A stretch of DNA of 64,000 nucleotides from Firmicutes bacterium UBA5389 (GCA_002409965.1 DHON01000122.1:19867-83866), one strand, 5' to 3'; counted from the stretch's first letter, positions 54,739 through 63,098 are shown. The notes: generated by a model not told the origin, from the letters alone. A program made the numbers and translations.

Positions 54739-56217
54739 ATGGAGAAATTCGATATCTTCCGGCACATTGCGGAGCGCACGGGAGGAGATGTCTACATAGG
54801 CGTCGTCGGCCCGGTCAGGACGGGCAAGTCCACGTTCATCTCAAGGTTCATGGACCTGATCGTCCTGCCCAACATGAAGGATGCCTACGAGAAGGAGCGA
54901 ACCCGTGACGAGCTGCCTCAAAGCGGCGCCGGCAAGACCATCATGACTACCGAGCCCAAGTTCGTGCCGGGCGAGGCGGTCGAGATCACACTGGCCGAGA
55001 AGACCCGAGCAGCGGTGCGAATGGTTGACTGCGTTGGGTACACCGTGCCGGGCGCCCTGGGATACGAGGAGGCTAACTTCCCGCGTATGGTGCGAACGCC
55101 CTGGTTTGACGAGGAAGTATCGTTTCAAGAAGCGGCCGAAATCGGAACGGAGAAGGTCATACAGGAGCACTCCACCATAGGGCTGGTGGTCACGACAGAC
55201 GGGTCGATCACGGAGATCAAGAGGGAAGACTACGTAGACGCAGAGCGCCGAGTCATCAGCGAACTGAAGGAACTGGGCAAGCCGTTCATCGTGGTGCTCA
55301 ACTCGATGCACCCCGCCTCTGACGACACCCGCGGTCTGGGTGAGACCCTGGCGGCCGCGTACGATGTGCCCGTCATCCCAGTGGACTGCCTGCGCATGTC
55401 GAGTGAGGATATCATGGGCGTTCTCGACGGCGTGTTGAGCGAGTTCCCAGTGCGCGAAATATCGGTACGCTTGCCTGACTGGGTTGCGGAACTGGATGAG
55501 ACGCACCCGGTGCGCGCCGGGTTCATCGCCAGTGTCCGACAGGCGGTGGAGTCTGTGGACAGAGTCCGAGACGTGCAGGGCGCGGTCCAGATGCTCGGGT
55601 TGTCGCCTAACGCCCAGTCTGCCGTGGTGGCCCTGCTCGATCTGGGAACCGGGCGCGTCTCAATCGAGCTGACTGCCCCGAGGGCGCTGTTCTACACGGT
55701 CATCTCGGAGGTGATCGGGGCGGAGGTTGCAGGCGATTCCGATGTGATGAGGATGATGCGTAGCCTCGCTCACGCCAAGCGCGAGTACGACAAGGTAGCT
55801 ACCGCTCTCGATCAGGTGCGTTCGAAGGGCTACGGCATCGTGATGCCGTTCCTGGACGAGATCGCCTTCGAAGAGCCGGACATCATCAGGCAGGGCAGCA
55901 GGTGCGGCGTGAGGCTGAAGGCCATGGCCCCATCGATTCACATGATCCGTGCCGACATCAAGACGGAAGTCACGCCGCTTGTGGGAACGGAGAAGCAGAG
56001 CGAGGAGTTTGCGCGGCGCATTGCGGAGGAGTTTGCGGAAGACCCTAGCAAGATCTGGCAGACGGAGTTCCTGGGAACGTCCATGCAGGACCTGATCAGG
56101 GAGGGCATAGAGGCAAAACTGGCTCACATGCCCACCAACGCCCAGGAGAAACTCCAGGAAACGCTGCAGAAGATCGTGAATGAGGGAAGCGGCGGGCTGA
56201 TCTGTATCATTCTGTAG
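54739..56217 (+). CDS. spoIVA: Stage IV sporulation protein A (spore-coat basement-layer ATPase)
   Basis: MEKFDIFRHIAERTGGDVYIGVVGPVRTGKSTFI (Walker A). 492 aa with a conserved C-terminus ...GLICIIL. GAGGGAGG RBS. Confidence 0.9.
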   Translation: MEKFDIFRHIAERTGGDVYIGVVGPVRTGKSTFISRFMDLIVLPNMKDAYEKERTRDELPQSGAGKTIMTTEPKFVPGEAVEITLAEKTRAAVRMVDCVGYTVPGALGYEEANFPRMVRTPWFDEEVSFQEAAEIGTEKVIQEHSTIGLVVTTDGSITEIKREDYVDAERRVISELKELGKPFIVVLNSMHPASDDTRGLGETLAAAYDVPVIPVDCLRMSSEDIMGVLDGVLSEFPVREISVRLPDWVAELDETHPVRAGFIASVRQAVESVDRVRDVQGAVQMLGLSPNAQSAVVALLDLGTGRVSIELTAPRALFYTVISEVIGAEVAGDSDVMRMMRSLAHAKREYDKVATALDQVRSKGYGIVMPFLDEIAFEEPDIIRQGSRCGVRLKAMAPSIHMIRADIKTEVTPLVGTEKQSEEFARRIAEEFAEDPSKIWQTEFLGTSMQDLIREGIEAKLAHMPTNAQEKLQETLQKIVNEGSGGLICIIL

Positions 56218-56297
56218 CCGGGCCCCCGACTCGCTGCGCCTGAAGTAATAATGGCGCGCGGGGCTGGAAAACATACTGGTGGAAGGGGGCGGAGGGC

Positions 56298-56570
56298 ATG
56301 ACCAAGTCCGACCTGGTTGATTCGGTAGCCGCCAAGGCCGGGATGACCAAGAAAGACAGCGCCCGGGCGGTCGACGCAGTCTTCGACACCATAAAAGAGC
56401 AGCTCAAGACGGGTGACAAGGTGCAGCTCGTTGGGTTCGGCAGCTTCGAGGTGAAGCAGAGAGAAGCCCGCGTTGGCCGCAACCCGAAGACCATGGAGGA
56501 AATACGCATTCCAGCGCGCAGAGTGCCGGTGTTCAGGCCAGGCAAGGAACTGAAAGACTCGGTTATGTAG
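56298..56570 (+). CDS. hup: Nucleoid protein HU
   Basis: 90 aa. MTKSDLVDSVAAKAGMTKKDSARAVDAVFDTI...GFGSFEVKQREARVGRNPKT. Confidence 0.95.
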   Translation: MTKSDLVDSVAAKAGMTKKDSARAVDAVFDTIKEQLKTGDKVQLVGFGSFEVKQREARVGRNPKTMEEIRIPARRVPVFRPGKELKDSVM

Positions 56571-56608
56571 CCAGGCGGACATCTGGTCGGCGTAGCTCGA
56601 TTGCCGGG

Positions 56609-56636
56609 GCGACAAGCGACAAGCGACAAGCGACAA
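56609..56636 (+). repeat. Heptamer tandem repeat GCGACAA, 4 copies
   Basis: Read directly from the sequence. It lies immediately 5' of the hup terminator hairpin. Confidence 0.85.
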
Positions 56637-56670
56637 GCGTAGACCGTGACCACGGCTACGCTTATTCATT
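56637..56670 (+). terminator. Intrinsic terminator-like hairpin after hup
   Basis: GCGTAG-a-CCGT GACC ACGG CTACGC gives a 10 bp stem with one bulge, followed by TTATTCATT. Confidence 0.55.
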
Positions 56671-56880
56671 GAAGTCCAGTTGCACTGAGACTGTCGCGCC
56701 AACCGCGCCCTCGACGACTTCGGCGCGCCTGATCAGCCAAGTGTCGGGATCCACGTACAGCGTCCATCTGAGCTGAACCGGGTTTTGGGGTGAGGCTATC
56801 GCGGATATGAACCATCTTGAGCAGGACTTCCAGGGCTTCGGCATCACCTGGGCTGTGATCGCCGGACGCTGCAATGCGCC

Positions 56881-58002
56881 TCACTGTGATCCGCACTCTC
56901 TATGACATCTTACTAAGTGTGGGGAGGTGGAGTCCGGGTCGGCGCTAGGGCCCACGCCCACGGCCACGCCCGGGCATGGGTCTGAGTACTTCGACAATGG
57001 GGCCAGAACGGGATACTCCGTCGCGCACATGCGAGCCGCATTCGGGCAGCGGTGGGCGAAACCACAGCCGCGCCGTTGCTCATGCTCCTCGCCGCTGGCC
57101 GACGCCCGGGCGCCGGCGCCGTTAGGACCCAAAGCGCGAGTCTGCCGTGAGCTACGTCTGCTGAGCCGGTGACCGCTGCCGGGGATGGCTGACAACAGTT
57201 GCTGGGTATACGGGTGAGACGGTCGCGCGAAAAGCTCTTCGGCAGGGGCCGATTCCACGATCTGCCCGCGATACATGACGGCCACAGTGTCGCTCATATA
57301 GTACACTACCCGCAGATCGTGCGAGATGAGCAAGTAGGAGAGTCCGTATTCCCTCTGGAGGTCCTGCAGCAGCCCGATTATCTGGGCTTGCACCGACACG
57401 TCCAGCGAGGACAGAGGCTCGTCCGCCACTATGAACTGCGGGCGCATGGCCAGGGCGCGCGCGATGCCCACACGCTGGCGCTGCCCGCCGCTGAGCTGGT
57501 GTGGGTATCGATCAAGATGGTCCGGGGCCAGGCCGACCCGCCTAACCAAGGATTGCGTCTCGCGTTCGCCGTCGGCGGGCTTGACCCCGCGCGCGGCCAG
57601 AGCTGTTCCGACGATGCGGCGAACTGTATATCTGGGGTTGAGCGAGCTGTATGGGTTCTGAAAGATGATCTGGGCCTTGTCCTTTAGCTCGCCGCGGCCG
57701 AGGCGGTCACGGCCCCATACCGCGGATCCTTCGTAGAAGACTTGCCCGGACGTGGGCTCGGTCAGCCCCACCAGAGTGCGGCCGAACGTGCTCTTGCCGC
57801 AGCCTGATTCGCCGACGAGGCCGACGGTCTGACCGCGAAATATGTCGAGCGTGACTCCGTCCACGGCCCGAGTGCGCCTAGTGGCTGCGCCGCCCAGTCG
57901 GCGCGCGAGGAATGACTCGGTCATTATGAAGTGTTTGGTGACATCCACTGCGGAAACCAGTGGTGTACGAGGGTCTCTTGGCGTCAAGCCCATCACCTCC
58001 AT
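56881..58002 (-). CDS. Peptide/nickel-family ABC transporter ATP-binding protein (OppF/DppF-like)
   Basis: Walker A GESGCGKST, signature LSGGQRQRVGIARAL, Walker B IVADEP, and a C-terminal oligopeptide-type extension. The start is ATG 58002 (possibly leaderless) or ATG 57993 (after GGAGGTG). Confidence 0.85.
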   Translation of the reverse strand: MEVMGLTPRDPRTPLVSAVDVTKHFIMTESFLARRLGGAATRRTRAVDGVTLDIFRGQTVGLVGESGCGKSTFGRTLVGLTEPTSGQVFYEGSAVWGRDRLGRGELKDKAQIIFQNPYSSLNPRYTVRRIVGTALAARGVKPADGERETQSLVRRVGLAPDHLDRYPHQLSGGQRQRVGIARALAMRPQFIVADEPLSSLDVSVQAQIIGLLQDLQREYGLSYLLISHDLRVVYYMSDTVAVMYRGQIVESAPAEELFARPSHPYTQQLLSAIPGSGHRLSRRSSRQTRALGPNGAGARASASGEEHEQRRGCGFAHRCPNAARMCATEYPVLAPLSKYSDPCPGVAVGVGPSADPDSTSPHLVRCHRECGSQ

Positions 58003-58008
58003 GGGTAT

Positions 58009-58037
58009 ATTATAGCATTGCGGCGCCGGGGTTGGAA
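58009..58037 (-). promoter_or_regulatory. Minus-strand promoter for the oppF-like gene
   Basis: On the minus strand, TTCCAA is followed after 17 nt by TGcTATAAT. The -10 element ends 6-7 nt before ATG 58002. Confidence 0.45.
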
Positions 58038-58070
58038 TTCGCGGGGTAGTCGGACGGGGTAGCAGGATGG

Positions 58071-58099
58071 TTGACATCGCCTGTTCTGGATGATAGCAT
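58071..58099 (+). promoter_or_regulatory. Promoter of the riboswitch-controlled ABC operon
   Basis: TTGACA (58071-58076), a 17-nt spacer, then TGaTAGCAT (58091-58099). Confidence 0.5.
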
Positions 58100-58149
58100 T
58101 CAGGGTAGCGACAGTTGAATACGTGCGTGAACGATGTGCGCCTCCCGGC

Positions 58150-58285
58150 GCGCATCCGCTGAATCTTCCCTGGTGGAAGAGCGGGGGACCCAAATCCCAG
58201 TGGATGGGGCGAATCCTGCGAAGTGCAGGTAGGGCTATCACCTTCGGCCCGAGCCCGTCAGCTAACCTCGCAAGCGAAATGAAGG
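58150..58285 (+). promoter_or_regulatory. c-di-AMP riboswitch (ydaO-yuaA motif) aptamer
   Basis: The conserved blocks are present in the right order. They are CCGCTGAATC (58156), GAGCGGGGGACCCA (58179-58192), GGGGCGAATCC (58206-58216), GGTAGGGC (58228-58235) and AGCCCGTCAGCTAACCTCGCAAGCG (58252-58276). They match the blocks I recall from the B. subtilis ydaO leader. Confidence 0.75.
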
Positions 58286-58296
58286 GACGCTCATCC

Positions 58297-58329
58297 GTGC
58301 CCGGGTGTGTCCCTGGGCACTTTTTGTTT
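58297..58329 (+). terminator. Intrinsic terminator (riboswitch expression platform)
   Basis: GTGCCCGGG tgtgt CCCTGGGCAC followed by TTTTTGTTT. It lies 120 nt upstream of the SBP start codon. Confidence 0.8.
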
Positions 58330-58451
58330 CGGCCCATTGTGCCTTTGTCTCTTCATCTGCAGCTTGCTCTCCACTTGCTTATCTTGCGTTCCCCATCAGC
58401 TAATCGCACGTCTATCTGGAAATCCAGTATGGACGGAGGGTGATCATATCT

Positions 58452-60014
58452 ATGAAGCACCGTTGGATAATGGCCATTTCGATAGGTCTATTGCTTGCGT
58501 GTGCGGCGACCTCTCTGCCTGTGTCGGCGAGCGGCGCGAGGAAGATCCTCTCAGTGATTGTGGATACAACCGCCGACCGCTCAGATGAAGCCCAGGCGAT
58601 CTCCGAGTATCTCCGCGCCGTTGGCGTGTCGGCGGAAGTGCGGGTATGGGAGTGGAGCGCGCTCAAGGAGCGCATTCTGGCTGGGGAAAGGCAGATGTAC
58701 CTTACGGACTGGGGCAGCGCTTACTTCGACCCGTTCGATCTGGCGGTACCCAAGCTCAAGACGGGTGATCGCGGCAACTACTCCTTCTACAGCAACCCGC
58801 GTTTCGACGCGGCGCTCGACGCGGCGCTCGGTATGAGCAGCGCCGAGGCCGAGGCGCGACAACGCGTCTACTTCGAGGCGCAGGACATTCTCTGGGAAGA
58901 TGCGCCGTGGATCTTTGGCTACGCTCTGCTTGAGACCGAGGCGGCCCGAGCCGATGTGCTCGACTGGCGCCCATCGATGGACTCCAGGATCAACTTGCAC
59001 GATGTGGGGCTGAAGCGCGGCGACACTATCGTGGTGGGGATGGCGGGCGACAGCATATTGACGCTGGATCCCGCGGCCTACCGCGACCGCCTGACTGAGA
59101 CCGTGATCAGGAACATGTTCGATGGCCTTGTTACGCGCACCCCAGACGGCAGGGTCGTTCCGGAGATAGCAGAGTCGTGGACCGCGCTGTCCGACACTGA
59201 GTACGTGCTCAAGATCCGCCGTGGCATCAAGTTCCACAATGGGGACGCGCTCACTGCGGACGATGTGGTTTTCAGCTTCGACCGGGTCATCCGCGATGGA
59301 GCCATGGGAGGCAGGACCTCGCCGCGCAAGGGACTGCTTGGCACTCTGGTCGCTGTGGAGAAGATCGACAGCCACGCAGTGAGGTTCAGACTGTCATCGC
59401 CTTTCTCCGTTTTGCTGCAGGCGCTGGTGCATGTGCAGATAGTGCCCAAAGGCTACCTGTTGAGCGTGGGCGACGATGCGTTCGCCCGCAAACCCGTAGG
59501 CTGCGGTCCGTTCAAGTTCGTCGAAGGTCGTCTAGACGACAAGATAGTGATGGAGAGATTCGGCGACTACTACGGGGGTTCGCCCGATCTGCAACCGGTC
59601 GGTCCCGCTCGCGTGAAGAGGGCCATATTCCGCATGATGCCCGATCCCACCGTGCGGGTTGCCGCGCTGAAAACGGGTGAGGTGAGTATCATCCAGACCG
59701 TTCCGGCCCATCTGGCGGCCAACCTCTTGCGCGACCGCAACCTGCAAGTGAAGTCGGCTGAAGGGACTAGGGTGTATTGCGTCGAGATGAACTGCGCGCG
59801 GCCGCCATTTGGCGATGCCCGGGTGCGCAAGGCCATGAACCATGCAATCGACTGGGACACCATTCTCAACACTATATACGCTGGAGGCGCCTCGAGGCTA
59901 GCAACAGCCTTCCTGCCCAGCGGGTTCGGGCACAACCCGGATCTGGAGCCGTACGGTTACGATCCGCAGAAGGCGCGGGCGCTTCTGGCTGAAGCAGGGT
60001 ATGGTGCTAGATGA
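58452..60014 (+). CDS. ABC transporter substrate-binding protein, family 5 (OppA/DppA/NikA type), apparently circularly permuted; probable lipoprotein
   Basis: Signal/lipobox LLLAC. Residues ~35-190 look like the normal C-terminal third of family-5 SBPs. Residues ~195-524 look like the normal N-terminal two thirds, ending at the YDPQKARALLAEAGY motif. Confidence 0.8.
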   Translation: MKHRWIMAISIGLLLACAATSLPVSASGARKILSVIVDTTADRSDEAQAISEYLRAVGVSAEVRVWEWSALKERILAGERQMYLTDWGSAYFDPFDLAVPKLKTGDRGNYSFYSNPRFDAALDAALGMSSAEAEARQRVYFEAQDILWEDAPWIFGYALLETEAARADVLDWRPSMDSRINLHDVGLKRGDTIVVGMAGDSILTLDPAAYRDRLTETVIRNMFDGLVTRTPDGRVVPEIAESWTALSDTEYVLKIRRGIKFHNGDALTADDVVFSFDRVIRDGAMGGRTSPRKGLLGTLVAVEKIDSHAVRFRLSSPFSVLLQALVHVQIVPKGYLLSVGDDAFARKPVGCGPFKFVEGRLDDKIVMERFGDYYGGSPDLQPVGPARVKRAIFRMMPDPTVRVAALKTGEVSIIQTVPAHLAANLLRDRNLQVKSAEGTRVYCVEMNCARPPFGDARVRKAMNHAIDWDTILNTIYAGGASRLATAFLPSGFGHNPDLEPYGYDPQKARALLAEAGYGAR

Positions 60015-61039
60015 TACGCCTGGGCCGCGTGCAGGTCAAGGTGATCGAGCGCGTAGTGGCCACGATTCCGTTGGCGCTGGCTGTGGCCCTGGCGGCTTTT
60101 GTGCTGATGCGAGCGATACCAGGCGACCCTGTGGACATCATGATGGGGGAGGGGGCCAGCTCCTCAGAGGAGGAGATGGCCGCCCTCCGCACTGGGCTGG
60201 GGTTGGATCAGCCGATCCACCGTCAGCTGGTGGTCTACCTTAAGGCGCTTCTCCGGGGAGACCTGGGCTATTCAATAGTACGGTCGCGCCCGGTGGCACA
60301 GATGATACGCGAGGCGCTGCCCGCAACGATCGAACTTGCCATGTGCGCCATGCTGTTCGCCCTGGCTCTGGGGATCCCCGTGGGAGTGGTGTCGGCGCTC
60401 AAGCACAACACCGCGTTCGACAGGGTGAGTACGGCCGTGTCTTTCATCGGTGTATCTCTTCCCGCATTCTGGCTCGGCATAGTAGGTATCCTCGTGTTCT
60501 CCATGACTTTCGGATGGCTGCCCACATCTGGGCGCATCGCCTACGGTATGGAGCCCCGGCACATTACCGGTCTCCTCACACTGGACGCATTGCTCACAGG
60601 GGATATGACGGCGTTGGGCAACGCTCTTCGCCATCTCTGCCTTCCCGCTGCCGCGCTGGGGTTGGGTGTTGCGGCCGTAGTGGCCAGAGTTACCCGCTCA
60701 AGCATGCTCGACGTGTTGGGGTCGGACTATGTTCTGTTTGCGAGGGCTAAGGGAGTGCCCGAGCCGGCAGTGACCACGCGCCACGCTCTGCGCAACGCGA
60801 TGATTCCCACAGTGACGCTGGTAGGGCTGCAGTTCGGTTCGCTTCTGGGTGGGAACATGATTGTGGAGACCATATTCGGGTGGCCCGGCCTAGGAAGGGT
60901 GGTCGTGGATGCGATATTCGCTCGAGACTACCCGGTGGTGCAGGCGGCGGTGATGGTGTACGCGCTTACCTTCGTGGGGGTGAACCTCATTACCGACCTA
61001 CTATATACGGTGTTGGATCCCAAGATGGCCCTTGAGTGA
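60011..61039 (+). CDS. ABC transporter permease (OppB/DppB-like)
   Basis: 342 aa with 6 TM helices and an EAA-type loop (YVLFARAKGVPEPAVTTRHALRNA). ATGA overlap with the SBP gene. Confidence 0.9.
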   Translation: MIRLGRVQVKVIERVVATIPLALAVALAAFVLMRAIPGDPVDIMMGEGASSSEEEMAALRTGLGLDQPIHRQLVVYLKALLRGDLGYSIVRSRPVAQMIREALPATIELAMCAMLFALALGIPVGVVSALKHNTAFDRVSTAVSFIGVSLPAFWLGIVGILVFSMTFGWLPTSGRIAYGMEPRHITGLLTLDALLTGDMTALGNALRHLCLPAAALGLGVAAVVARVTRSSMLDVLGSDYVLFARAKGVPEPAVTTRHALRNAMIPTVTLVGLQFGSLLGGNMIVETIFGWPGLGRVVVDAIFARDYPVVQAAVMVYALTFVGVNLITDLLYTVLDPKMALE

Positions 61040-61989
61040 CCAGGACCGCTGTGGAGGTGAGACCCATGGGGCAGGCTTCGCTGCACACTGACGAACTGTA
61101 TCAGGGCGCTCTTGCGCGCTCCGCCGACATGTCAGGCTCAAGCGGGGCGAGGGCAGGCTTCTGGCCCAGACTGATGTCGCACAGGGGAGGACGGCTCGGC
61201 CTGATCATAGTCTTGGCCTATGTGGTGGTCGCCGTGGCTGCCCCGGTATTGGCCCCATACTCTCCCGGCGCTGTGGACCTGGTAAGACGGTTGGTTCCGC
61301 CCGGGCTGAGAACAGGCAACCTACTCGGCACTGACCAGCTGGGCCGGGATATTCTGTCGAGGATAATGCACGGAGCCAGAGTGTCGATTCTGGTGGGCCT
61401 GGCCACAGTGTGCATCTCGGCTTTCGTTGGCGTGGGACTGGGCATGGTTGCGGGCTACTATGGAGGCGTGCTGGACCGAGCGCTCGCCCGATTCACCGAG
61501 TTGCTGCTGGCGTTTCCGTACCTGATATTCGTGATAGGAGCGATGTCGGTCATGGGCCCCGGCTTTTGGAATCTGGTGTGGGCCCTCAGTTTCAAAGGAT
61601 GGGTAGAGTTCTACAGGCTGGCGCGGGCTCTGGTCATGTCGGAGAAGAATCGGGAGTACGTGGAGGCTGCGCGCGTGCTGGGCAGGTCCGATGGCGTGAT
61701 TCTCACGTGCGAGATACTTCCCAACATCGTCAACTCCATGCTGGTTCTGGGCACATTGCGCATGGGGAACATGATCGTTATGGAGTCTTCCCTGAGCTTC
61801 CTGGGACTTGGCATTCCGCCTCGGATGCCCGCGTGGGGCTCCATGATAAACGATGGACGGCGCTACATGCTTACCTCACCGTGGGTGGCAACCTTTCCAG
61901 GGCTTGCGCTGGCGCTGTTGGTGCTGGGGATGAACCTGCTCGGAGAGGGATTGCGCGATGTGTTGGACCCCAAGATGATGGAGGGATAG
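61036..61989 (+). CDS. ABC transporter permease (OppC/DppC-like)
   Basis: LLGTDQLGRDILSRIMHGARVS N-terminal motif and EAA loop (YVEAARVLGRSDGVIL). GTGA overlap with the upstream gene. Confidence 0.9.
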   Translation: MTRTAVEVRPMGQASLHTDELYQGALARSADMSGSSGARAGFWPRLMSHRGGRLGLIIVLAYVVVAVAAPVLAPYSPGAVDLVRRLVPPGLRTGNLLGTDQLGRDILSRIMHGARVSILVGLATVCISAFVGVGLGMVAGYYGGVLDRALARFTELLLAFPYLIFVIGAMSVMGPGFWNLVWALSFKGWVEFYRLARALVMSEKNREYVEAARVLGRSDGVILTCEILPNIVNSMLVLGTLRMGNMIVMESSLSFLGLGIPPRMPAWGSMINDGRRYMLTSPWVATFPGLALALLVLGMNLLGEGLRDVLDPKMMEG

Positions 61990-61997
61990 TATCGGCA

Positions 61998-63098
61998 ATG
62001 GGATCTGTGATGATGCATGAGGTAGCTAGTGGCGTAGACGCCGGCGCGGCCGCGGGAGCCGGCATGTTGCTTGACGTGCGCAATTTGCACACTGTTTATC
62101 CTTCAGCCCGCGGGAATGTGCGAGCCGTGAGAGACGTTAGTCTGACCGTGGCGCCCCGAGAGGTACTTGGCGTAGTGGGCGAATCGGGATGCGGGAAGAG
62201 CGCGCTCATGCTGTCGATAATGCGATTGGTGCCTCGACCGGGGCGCATTGTGGAAGGCAACGTGCGGCTGGATGGGGTCGATCTGCTTGAGCTATCGCCG
62301 GCCCAGATGCGCGATGTGCGAGGCAAGAGGATAGCCATGGTGTTTCAGGACCCAATGACCACCCTGAACCCAGCGCACCGGGTGGGCGATCAGATCGTCG
62401 AGTCGCTGCGCGTACATGGCATGACGCCGTCCGGCGCAGGCAGGCCGGAAGCCCGACGCGATTGCCTGCGGTCGCGCCTGTGGCAGGGAAGGCGCGACCG
62501 CGAGGAAGAGCGCGACTACGTGATCGAGTTGATGAGACGGGTGGGCATCGCATCGCCGGAGCACCGTCACCTCGAGTATCCGCACCAGTTTAGCGGGGGT
62601 ATGCAGCAGAGGATCATGATCGCCATCGCTCTTGCGTGCAAGCCGCGCTTGCTGCTGGCAGACGAGCCCACCACGGCGCTGGATGTGACCATACAAGCGC
62701 AAGTGCTCGACTTGATGGAAGAGATCAACCATGACATGGGCACTGCCATAGTCATAGTCACCCACGACCTTGCGCTTGCGGGCGATTTCTGCGACAACAT
62801 AGCGGTGATGTACGCAGGGCAGATTGTAGAGTGCGGGCCGGCCGATGCGATCATGGAGGATCCCCTTCATCCGTACACCCGCGGGCTCTTGCTCTCCATG
62901 CCGCGCCTGGGCAGCAGGCAGCCGCTGCACGCGATATCGGGAGAAGTGCCCGATCTCACCTCGGTGGGCGCTGGTTGCGCCTTCGCTCCCAGGTGCGAAC
63001 GGCGAACGAGCCGGTGCGAGGCTGAGGAGTCGCCGCTTGTGCAGACTCGCGATGGACGGGTCATCCGCTGTCACGCAGGGACGATCGTGTCTCTATAG
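61998..63098 (+). CDS. ABC transporter ATP-binding protein (OppD/DppD-like)
   Basis: Walker A GESGCGKS, signature FSGGMQQRIMIAIAL, Walker B LLADEPTTALD, and a C-terminal CAFAPRC motif. The longer ORF from 61410 is out-of-frame read-through of the permease gene. Confidence 0.9.
   Translation: MGSVMMHEVASGVDAGAAAGAGMLLDVRNLHTVYPSARGNVRAVRDVSLTVAPREVLGVVGESGCGKSALMLSIMRLVPRPGRIVEGNVRLDGVDLLELSPAQMRDVRGKRIAMVFQDPMTTLNPAHRVGDQIVESLRVHGMTPSGAGRPEARRDCLRSRLWQGRRDREEERDYVIELMRRVGIASPEHRHLEYPHQFSGGMQQRIMIAIALACKPRLLLADEPTTALDVTIQAQVLDLMEEINHDMGTAIVIVTHDLALAGDFCDNIAVMYAGQIVECGPADAIMEDPLHPYTRGLLLSMPRLGSRQPLHAISGEVPDLTSVGAGCAFAPRCERRTSRCEAEESPLVQTRDGRVIRCHAGTIVSL

Noticed and set aside
56662-56874. A 70-aa minus-strand ORF just downstream of the oppF-like gene. 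Its C-terminus (LYVDPDTWLIRRAEVVEGAVGATVSVQLDFNE) looks vaguely like the end of a LolA/RseB-type beta protein.
   Set aside because: It is too short, has no RBS and has a poor N-terminal half. It could be a gene remnant, but I cannot support it as a feature.
58150-58285. A cobalamin riboswitch was first considered because of the GCCCG...ACCTCGC (B12-box-like) segment.
   Set aside because: The AGGGAA/GGTG..AATCC/GCCACTG core of B12 elements is missing. The full set of ydaO-yuaA blocks (GAGCGGGGGACCCA, GGGGCGAATCC, CAGCTAACCTCGCAAGCG) is present.
58090-58588. ORFs of 117 aa and 93 aa in the oppF/SBP intergenic region.
   Set aside because: They overlap the riboswitch, terminator and promoter. 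They have no RBS and are Cys/Leu/Ser-rich with no family resemblance.
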